In this document: in pieces, positions 55,097 through 64,000 of the stretch
Layout of the letters: each line of letters begins with the position of its first letter
Position numbering within the stretch: the first letter of the stretch is position 1
Assembly: GCA_016200495.1 (NCBI GenBank)
Contig: JACQES010000074.1
Coordinates: 177-64,176 of the forward strand
DNA: 64,000 nucleotides
DNA from: Gemmatimonadota bacterium
GTDB lineage: Bacteria > Gemmatimonadota > Gemmatimonadetes > Gemmatimonadales > Gemmatimonadaceae
Direction of reading: 5' to 3'
The notes under the pieces: generated by a model
Seen by the model: the letters and a program-made list of their open reading frames with translations, nothing else
What the model was told of the DNA's origin: nothing
Databases searched by the model: none
Translations under genes and position numbers: made by a program

Positions 55097-56848
55097 GTGC
55101 GCGACGCCGTGGCACCTCCGCGAGGGCCGACCCTCACCTTCATCGCCCCGTGGGAGCTCTCCCGCGCGGTGGCGCGCATTCCGCGCGCGCCGCGCCCCGA
55201 CGTCGTGGTGCTGCTGGTGGAATCGGTGTCCAAGGGCGCCGCGCTCCCTTGGCACCGGCAGAAGCTCGTGCTGATCCTCAGCACGCTCCGCCACTTCGCA
55301 CGGGAGCTCCGCGACGCGGGCTACGTGATGGACCATCGCGTGGCGCACTCGTACGAGGAGGCGATCGTGGCCGCGGCGCGCGAGCACGGCGCGCGCCGCG
55401 TGGTCGCCTCGCAGGCGCGCGAGTGGCAGATGCACGAGGAGCTCGAAGGCGCGCGCACGCGCCTGGCCGCGCACCGCGTGCCGCTCGAGCTGCGCGAGGA
55501 CCCGGGCTTCATCAGCACGCGCGCCGACTTCACCACGTGGGCCGCGGGGCGCAAGGAACTCCGCATGGAGTGGTTCTACCGCCAGTTGCGCCGCGCGCAC
55601 GGCGTGCTCATGGAGCCCGACGGCCAGCCCACGGGCGGCACCTGGAACTTCGACGCCGAGAACCGGAAGCCGTGGCCGAAGGGGCGCGCGGCGCCGCCGC
55701 GCATGCGCATCGAGCCCGACGCCCTCACGCGCGAGGTGATGGCGCAGGTGGCGGCGTGGCGCGGCCGCTGGGGCTCGGTGGACGCGTTCGCCCTTCCCGT
55801 CACGCGCCCCGATGCGCTGGCGCTGCTCGAGCGGTTCGTGACCGAACGGCTTCCCGAGTTCGGCCCCTACGAGGACGCCATGCTCGCCGGCGAGCCGGAC
55901 CTGCTGCACTCGTGCCTCTCGTCGGTGATCAACGTCGGCCTGCTGCACCCGATGGAGGCGGTGCGGCGCGCCGAGCGCGCGTACCGCGAGGGCCGCGTGC
56001 CGCTCCCGAGCGCCGAGGGGTTCATCCGGCAGGTGCTCGGCTGGCGCGAGTACGTGCGCGGCATCTACTGGCACCTGATGCCGGGGCTGCGCACCGCGAA
56101 TGCGCTGGGGGCCGATCGCACGCTGCCGCTCTGGTTCTGGGCGCCCGACGGGGAGCCAGGCTACGGTGAGTCGGTCGGTGAGGCGAACAGCGGGAAGACT
56201 GCGCCCGTTGCGCCCGCCGCACGCGCCGCACCCGGTACACCCGCTACACCCGCTACACCCGCTACACCCGCCGCACCCGCCGCACCCGCCTCGCCCGCCG
56301 CGCCCGCCGCGTGCCGCATGGCCTGCCTCGCCGACAGCGTGCGGTCGGTGCGCGACCACGGCCGCGTGCACCACATCGCGCGGCTCATGGTGCAGGGCAA
56401 CATCGCCACGCTCCTCGGCGTCACCCCCGCGGCGCTCTCGCGCTGGTTCTGGGCGGCGTTCACCGACGCGTACGAGTGGGTGGAACTGCCCAACGTCGCG
56501 GGGATGGCCACGTGGGGCGACGGTGGCGTGATGGCGTCCAAGCCGTACGTGGCGAGCGGCGCGTACATCCATCGCATGAGCAACTATTGTTCTAGTTGTT
56601 CGTACGACGTCTCGCGCCGTTCGGGGGACGGGGCATGCCCGGTGACCGTCCTCTACTGGGACTTCCTCGCGCGGCACCGCGACCGGTTCGCCACGCACCC
56701 GCGCATGGCGATGATGATCCGCAACCTGGACCGGATCCCCGGCGACGAACTGGTGCAGCTGCGCCGCGCGGCCGACGCGTTCCGGGCCGAGGTCCCGTGG
56801 GAGGCCCCCGGCCCGTTCTTCGGCGAGGTGCCGCGGCGGGCTACTTGA
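55097..56848 (+). CDS. Cryptochrome/photolyase-family protein of the Fe-S bacterial type (FeS-BCP; PhrB/CryB-like (6-4) photolyase class)
   Basis: 583-aa ORF. Motifs: HRQKLVLILSTLRHFARELRDAGY, GGTWNFDAENR, EGFIRQVLGWREY. The four-Cys pattern is CRMAC..., then YCSSCSY, then 12 residues, then ACP, matching the C...CxxC-x12-C cluster ligands of this class. Confidence 0.88.
   Translation: MRDAVAPPRGPTLTFIAPWELSRAVARIPRAPRPDVVVLLVESVSKGAALPWHRQKLVLILSTLRHFARELRDAGYVMDHRVAHSYEEAIVAAAREHGARRVVASQAREWQMHEELEGARTRLAAHRVPLELREDPGFISTRADFTTWAAGRKELRMEWFYRQLRRAHGVLMEPDGQPTGGTWNFDAENRKPWPKGRAAPPRMRIEPDALTREVMAQVAAWRGRWGSVDAFALPVTRPDALALLERFVTERLPEFGPYEDAMLAGEPDLLHSCLSSVINVGLLHPMEAVRRAERAYREGRVPLPSAEGFIRQVLGWREYVRGIYWHLMPGLRTANALGADRTLPLWFWAPDGEPGYGESVGEANSGKTAPVAPAARAAPGTPATPATPATPAAPAAPASPAAPAACRMACLADSVRSVRDHGRVHHIARLMVQGNIATLLGVTPAALSRWFWAAFTDAYEWVELPNVAGMATWGDGGVMASKPYVASGAYIHRMSNYCSSCSYDVSRRSGDGACPVTVLYWDFLARHRDRFATHPRMAMMIRNLDRIPGDELVQLRRAADAFRAEVPWEAPGPFFGEVPRRAT
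56234..56305 (+). repeat. Tandem 9-bp (three-codon) repeat inside the photolyase-family gene
   Basis: ggtacaccc / gctacaccc x3 / gccgcaccc x2 / gcctcgccc / gccgcgccc, read directly from the sequence. It encodes GTPATPATPATPAAPAAPASPAAP. Confidence 0.85.
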
Positions 56849-57257
56849 TCCGCTTGCCGGTGAGCGCGCCGCCGGCGCCGCCCAGCTCCCACGTGCCGGT
56901 GAACGCGGCGCCGGTGAACGTCATGTTGATCGTCGCGGCGCCGTTCGGCGTGTCGAGCACGAGCTTCATCGTCTGCCCGTCCACCACCACGCTCGTGAGC
57001 GGGAGTTCGGGGGTGATGTCCGACGTCATCTTGCCGGTCCAGGCGCCGGGCGCGCCCGTGATCATCACCTGCCCCTTCATCGGGCTGCCGTTGATCTCGG
57101 TGTTGAACTCGTACGACCCGACCGGATTCATGGCGGTCTTCGCGGGCGCGGGCGCGCTCGCGACGGGAGCCGGCGCCGGCGCGGCCGACGACAGGGCGCT
57201 CCCCGACGAGCAGGCGCCGAGGGCAAGGACGGAGGCAAGCAGGAGCAGGCGCGACAT
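56841..57257 (-). CDS. Small lipoprotein of unknown function
   Basis: ORF 56841..57356. The ATG at 57257 gives MSRLLLLASVLALGAC (lipobox), followed by an Ala/Pro linker and a beta-rich domain. The stop overlaps the convergent photolyase gene by 8 nt. Confidence 0.75.
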   Translation of the reverse strand: MSRLLLLASVLALGACSSGSALSSAAPAPAPVASAPAPAKTAMNPVGSYEFNTEINGSPMKGQVMITGAPGAWTGKMTSDITPELPLTSVVVDGQTMKLVLDTPNGAATINMTFTGAAFTGTWELGGAGGALTGKRIK

Positions 57258-57439
57258 GGGCGAACGACCTCGAGGCGAAGTGGACAACGCAGCGTGACCG
57301 GGGGTGGGCGTACCAACGGACGTTAAGCCGTGACGACAGTGCGGGAAAGTCCGCACCTGACACCATCCGGCCCGGTCGGTAACTTCAACGGTTCATCGCG
57401 ACGCTCGTGGCGCCGGGAGTCTTGGCGACGAGGGCGTCC

Positions 57440-59598
<2,159 letters not shown>

Positions 59599-59602
<4 letters not shown>

Positions 59603-61146
59603 GCGCGCGCAAGAAGGCACCGGCGCGCGCCAAGGCGGCGCCGCGTGCCGCGGCCGCCCGCGCCAAGGCGGCCGTCGTCCCCACCGCGAGCCCGCTCAAG
59701 GTGGGCGATCGCGGCGTGACCATCGTGCACGTGAGTGCCGAGGTCGCGCCCTGGTCGCGCGTGGGTGAACTGGGCGACGCCGTGGCGGGACTCGCGCACG
59801 CGCAGGCCCTCGCGGGACGCGCGGTGATGGTGATCGCGCCGGCCACGCGCCGCGTGCTCGCCACGCACCCGGGACTCGTGCCGGTCGGCGAGCCGTTCGA
59901 CGTCACCGTCGGCGAGCGCACCGAGGTCGTCGCCCTCCTCGGCGAGGCCGACCCGGCGGCGGACGCGCCGTGGCTCCTCTTCGTGGACCATCGCGCGTCG
60001 TTCGACCGCGACGGCCTCTATGGCGACGAGCACGCGCCGTACGCCGACAACCCCGAGCGGTTCGCGCTCCTCGCGCACGCGGCCTCGATCGCCGTGCGGC
60101 GCCTCGTGAGCGGCCCGGCGGTGCTGCACGCGCACGACTGGCACGCGGCGCTCGTGCCGGTGGTGGAGCACCTGCGCGGCGAGGGCGACCGGCTCCCGTC
60201 GGTGCTCACCGTGCACGACGCGTCGTTCCAGGGCCACGTGCGGCCCGACCGGATGGCCGCCCTCGGCCTGCCCGGCGCGCTCTTCCGTCCCGACGCGCTC
60301 GAGTGGTACGGGCACGTGAACCTGCTCAAGGGGGGCGCGACCTTCGCGGCCCAGGTGGTGGCGACGAGCCCCGCGCATGCGGCGGAACTCTGCTCGCAGC
60401 AGGGCGGCTTCGGGCTCGACGGCGTGTTCCGCCACCGCGGCGAGGCATTCAGCGGCATCGCCGACGGCCTCGACGCCACAAGCTGGAATCCGGCCACCGA
60501 TGCGGCGATCACCACGCGCTTCGGTCCGGGCACCATCGCCGATCGCGCCAAGAACAAGGCCGCGCTCCAGCGCGCGGCCAGGCTCCCGGTGCGCGCGCGC
60601 ACGCCGCTCGTCGTCGTGCCGGTGCCGCTCACGCGGCGGAGCGGCGCGACCATCGCCATCGGCAGCACCGTGCTCCGCACGGGCGGCGCGCAGGTGGTCT
60701 TCGGCGGCGCGGGCGACCGCGACCTGCTCGCCGCCGCGCGCGTCATGGCCGAGGCGCAGCCCGGGCGCATGGCGGTCATTCCCGATCCCGACGAACGCGT
60801 GGAGCGGCGCCTCCTCGCGGGCGCCGACATCGTGCTGCTCCCGTCGCTCCACGAGCCGAGCGGGATGCTGGCGAGCCGGGCGCTGCGCTACGGCGCGGTG
60901 ATCGTGGTGCGCAACACCGGCGCGCACCACGACCTGCCCGACATGGACGCGGTCGTCCGCTTCCAGCCGTTCGACGCCGCGGCGCTCGACCGGGCACTCG
61001 ACGCCGCCCTCGCGGCGTTCGAGGAAAAGGGGGCGTGGACGGCGCGCGTGAAGGGCGCGCTCACCCTGCCCGCCGGCTGGGACGACGCCGTCGCCGCCTA
61101 CGACGCCCGTTACCTCGCCGCCCTCGCCTCCGGAGCCGCCGCATGA
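59599..61146 (+). CDS. glgA: Glycogen/starch synthase-like glycosyltransferase (GT5), divergent
   Basis: This is the 3' part of ORF 59461..61146. The ATG at 59599 overlaps the upstream TGA (ATGA). Motifs: VHVSAEVAPWSRVGELGDAV, HAHDWHAAL, PSLHEPSGMLASRALRYG. It has a basic Ala/Lys/Arg N-terminal tail. Confidence 0.85.
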
Positions 61147-62855
61147 CGCCCGTCATGGACTTCGTGCTCGTGCTGCACAGCCACCTGCCCTACGTGCTCA
61201 ACCACGGGCGGTGGCCCCACGGCTCCGACTGGCTCTGCGAGGCCGCGCTCGACACCTATTTGCCGCTGGTGCACGCGCTCGACGCGCTCGAGAAGGACGG
61301 CGTGCACGCGCCGATCACGCTCGGCATCACGCCGATCCTCGCGTCGCAGCTCGCCAACCCGGTGTTCAACGCCGAGCTCGAGCTGTTCCTCGCGCAGCGC
61401 CTCGATGCGTGCATCGAGTGCGAGGGCGCGCTCCCCAACACGGCCGACGAGCGGCTGATCGAGATCACGCGCTGGTGGTACGACCGCTACACCTGGCTGC
61501 GCGACATCTGGGAATCCATCAACGGCGACCTCGTGGGCACCTTCGCGCGCCACGCGCGCGCCGGACGCCTCGAGATCACGACGTCGGCCGCGACGCACGG
61601 CTTCCTGCCGCTCCTCGGCCGCGACGAGAGCATCCGCTTCCAGCTGGCCGCCGGCGCCAACGAGCACGAGCGCTTGTTCGGCTCGCGCGCCGCGGGACTC
61701 TGGATGCCCGAGTGCGCCTACCGCCCGCGCGGCGTGTGGAACCCCGACCCGCAGGCGCCGCGCGCCGGCGTGAACCGCGCCGGCATCGAGACCTTCCTCG
61801 AGGAGTACAACGTCCGCTTCGTCACCGTGGACGCGCACCTCGCGCGCGCCGGGCAGTCGCTCGGCCTCTACGGCGAGGTGGCGATGACCACCGGCGAGCT
61901 GCTCAAGCAGGGGGTCATCGTCGACAGCGGACGGCGGCGGCACTCGCCGTACCGCGCCTACCGGATCGGCCGGCGGCGCGACGCGCGCGCGCCGCGCGCG
62001 CTCGTGCGCGACCCGCGCACCTCGTTCAAGGTGTGGAGCCGCCACGACGGCTATCCCGGCGACGGCGCGTACCTCGAGTTCCACAAGATCCGCTACCCCG
62101 GCGGGCTCAAGCTCTGGCGCGTCACCAACTCGCACGCCGAGCTCGGGCAGAAGCGCCCGTACCGCCCCGACGCGGCGCAGGCGACGGTCAAGCGCCACGC
62201 GAAGGACTTCGCCGCCACCCTCGCCGGCATCGCGCGGAACGGCGACGATCCGCTGCGCGACGTCGTGGTCGCGCCGTTCGACACGGAGCTCTTCGGCCAC
62301 TGGTGGGCCGAGGGGGTGGACTTCATCGAGGGGCTCTACCGCGCCCTCCCGGCGCATGGCGAGATCCGCGCGACCACCGCGTCGCAGCACATCGCGCGCG
62401 CGCGCCACGAGGGGGCAGTGCAGCTCGCGGCAGGCTCGTGGGGCGCCAACGGCGACTTCTCGATGTGGTACGGCCCTGAGACGGCGTGGACCTGGCACCG
62501 GCTGTGGCCGATCGAGGAGCGGTTCTGGGCCGTCGCGCCGCGCGCCATCGGCGACGCCGACCGGCAGGAGCTGCTCGCGCAAGCCGCGCGATCGATGCTC
62601 CTGCTCATGTCGTCCGACTGGCAGTTCATCATCTCCACCGGCGAGGTGGCCGACTACGCGGAGCGGCGCTTCATCGGGCACGCCGAGGACTGCGCGCGGC
62701 TGCTCGATGCGCTTGAAGCGCCGGCGGGCACTGACCTGACCGGAGCGCGCGAGCTGGCGGCCGAGCTGCGCGCGCGCGACGACGTCTTCCCCACCGTGCT
62801 CGACGCCGTGCGCGACGCGCTCGCGCGCTCGGCGCCGCTGGAAGCCGCGGGATGA
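61143..62855 (+). CDS. GH57-family 1,4-alpha-glucan branching enzyme-like protein
   Basis: This is the 3' part of ORF 59970..62855. The ATG at 61143 overlaps the upstream TGA (ATGA). Motifs: FVLVLHSHLPYV, ATHGFLPLL, LWMPECAY (nucleophile Glu), FDTELFGHWW (acid/base Asp). Confidence 0.88.
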   Translation: MTPVMDFVLVLHSHLPYVLNHGRWPHGSDWLCEAALDTYLPLVHALDALEKDGVHAPITLGITPILASQLANPVFNAELELFLAQRLDACIECEGALPNTADERLIEITRWWYDRYTWLRDIWESINGDLVGTFARHARAGRLEITTSAATHGFLPLLGRDESIRFQLAAGANEHERLFGSRAAGLWMPECAYRPRGVWNPDPQAPRAGVNRAGIETFLEEYNVRFVTVDAHLARAGQSLGLYGEVAMTTGELLKQGVIVDSGRRRHSPYRAYRIGRRRDARAPRALVRDPRTSFKVWSRHDGYPGDGAYLEFHKIRYPGGLKLWRVTNSHAELGQKRPYRPDAAQATVKRHAKDFAATLAGIARNGDDPLRDVVVAPFDTELFGHWWAEGVDFIEGLYRALPAHGEIRATTASQHIARARHEGAVQLAAGSWGANGDFSMWYGPETAWTWHRLWPIEERFWAVAPRAIGDADRQELLAQAARSMLLLMSSDWQFIISTGEVADYAERRFIGHAEDCARLLDALEAPAGTDLTGARELAAELRARDDVFPTVLDAVRDALARSAPLEAAG

Positions 62856-64000
62856 CGGCGAAGCGCGCCGTCGTCCTGCACGGCCACTTCTACCAGCCGC
62901 CGCGCGAGGATCCCTGGCTCGAGGTGGTCGAGCGCGAGGCGAACGCCGCCCCCGCGCACGACTGGAACGTGCGGATCACCAACGAGTGCTACGTGCCGAT
63001 GGCGGCCGCGCGGCTGCTCGACGGCGACGGCCACATCGCCCGGATGGTGAACTGCTACGAGGCGATGTCGTTCGACGTCGGCGCGACGCTGGCCGAGTGG
63101 CTCGAGCGCGCGTCGCCGGCCACGTGGCGCGCGATCGTGGCGGCCGACCGGCAGTCGGTGGCGCGGCTCGGACACGGCAACGCGATCGCGGCGCCCTACC
63201 ATCACGTGATCCTCCCGCTCGCGAGCCCGCGCGAGCGGCGCACCGAGATCCGCTGGGGCGTGGCCGACTTCCGGCGCCGCTTCGGCCGCGAGCCCGAGGG
63301 GTTCTGGTGCCCCGAGACCGCGGTGGATGACGACACGCTGGTGGCGCTGGCGGAGCACGGGCTCCGCTTCACGATCGTGGCGCCGCACCAGGTGCTCAAC
63401 CCGCCCGCCGACGGCCTGCCGCTCGTGTTCGACGCGGGACGCGGGCGCTCGATCGCGCTCTGCGTGTACGACGGCGCGCTGTCGCGCGACATCGCGTTCG
63501 GGCCGCTGCTCCGGAGCGGTGACGCGCTCACGGCGCGGCTGCTGGACGACGCGCCGTATCCCGGCGGCACCGCGCCGCCGGCGCTGCGCTCGATGGCCAC
63601 CGATGGCGAGACGTTCGGGCATCACCATGCGTTCGGTGAGATGGCGCTGGCCGCGGCGATCGACCGGATCGCGCGCAGCGAGACGGCGGAGCTCACCAAC
63701 TTCGCGGCCGTGGTGGCGTCGATGGCAACGGCACGTGACGCCGCGCCACGCGCCACTCGCCGGTCGGGCGAGAGCGCGCGTTCCGGCGGGGCGATCGGCG
63801 CGCGCCCCGCGGCCGAGCTCGTTTCGCCGTCGGCGTGGAGCTGCGTGCACGGCGTGGAGCGGTGGCGCAGCGACTGCGGCTGCAAGGTCGCGCCCGAACG
63901 GAACTGGTCGCAGGCGTGGCGCGCGCCGCTCCGTGAATCGCTCGCCTGGCTCGCGGGCGAGCTGCGCGCGCGCTGGGCCGCCGAGGCGCCGGCCCTCTTC
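62852..64000 (+). CDS. Second GH57-family glycoside hydrolase (N-terminal part; the gene continues beyond the window end)
   Basis: My own translation from the ATG at 62852 (ATGA overlap): MTAKRAVVLHGHFYQPPREDPW..., FWCPETAV, ATDGETFGHHH. The frame stays open to position 64000. It is not in the ORF track because no stop lies within the window. Confidence 0.85.
   Translation, partial: MTAKRAVVLHGHFYQPPREDPWLEVVEREANAAPAHDWNVRITNECYVPMAAARLLDGDGHIARMVNCYEAMSFDVGATLAEWLERASPATWRAIVAADRQSVARLGHGNAIAAPYHHVILPLASPRERRTEIRWGVADFRRRFGREPEGFWCPETAVDDDTLVALAEHGLRFTIVAPHQVLNPPADGLPLVFDAGRGRSIALCVYDGALSRDIAFGPLLRSGDALTARLLDDAPYPGGTAPPALRSMATDGETFGHHHAFGEMALAAAIDRIARSETAELTNFAAVVASMATARDAAPRATRRSGESARSGGAIGARPAAELVSPSAWSCVHGVERWRSDCGCKVAPERNWSQAWRAPLRESLAWLAGELRARWAAEAPALF

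Noticed and set aside
56234-56305. Tandem repeat considered as a CRISPR or minisatellite locus.
   Set aside because: The unit is only 9 bp with no spacers. It is in frame within a conserved gene, so it is a coding Pro/Ala/Thr repeat and not a CRISPR array.
57407-57439. GTG at 57407 as the start of the glgP gene.
   Set aside because: The ATG at 57440 has a GAGGG site 5 nt upstream and gives an N-terminus typical of this phosphorylase family. The 11 extra residues have no support.

Overview
This is a 64-kb stretch of very GC-rich bacterial chromosome (about 70% G+C or more by eye, not computed). Third codon positions are almost all G/C, so every real gene is shadowed by long Arg/Ala/Pro/Gly-rich ORFs in other frames. 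I accepted ORFs only when the protein had normal composition and recognisable motifs, and I re-derived many start codons from the sequence. That gives 52 CDS, including one 55-aa ORF below the track cutoff and two edge fragments missing from the track. I saw no rRNA, tRNA, CRISPR array, transposase or integrase. Gene content resembles Gemmatimonadota- or Acidobacteriota-like soil bacteria, which is inference only.

Layout:
- 1-524: start of a P-II-like/TolC efflux operon.
- 765-5981: exported beta-propeller-phosphoesterase, UPF0104 membrane protein, SCP2 protein and an amidohydrolase.
- 6208-15743: seven genes joined by start/stop overlaps (HMG-CoA-reductase-like, BtaA-like, CTP-dependent prenol-kinase-like, adenylating ligase, UbiA, rifampicin-phosphotransferase-type PEP-utilising enzyme, GNAT-like).
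- 15880-18175: SGNH hydrolase and an R2-like diiron protein.
- 18179-23276: CheX/CheY, then an anti-sigma / ECF sigma / VIT-VWA operon.
- 23458-29696: peptidases and hydrolases.
- 29781-33394: a PQQ-dehydrogenase/cytochrome operon.
- 33472-36276: a sugar dehydrogenase / aldo-keto reductase operon.
- 39237-48849: a nine-gene minus-strand array (helical protein, HD-GYP, coiled-coil, TM roadblock-like/OmpA protein, Ras-like GTPase, PP2C, two exported paralogues, DUF6152-like protein).
- 49116-51343: a small Cys/His ORF and transketolase.
- 51294-54981: two tandem carboxypeptidase-regulatory-like paralogues.
- 55097-56848: an FeS-type photolyase/cryptochrome with a repeat-encoded insertion.
- 57440-64000: a glgP-glgA-GH57-GH57 glycogen operon.

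The best candidates for undescribed biology are the seven-gene lipid/prenyl-type operon and the GTPase / roadblock-OmpA / PP2C / HD-GYP signalling array.
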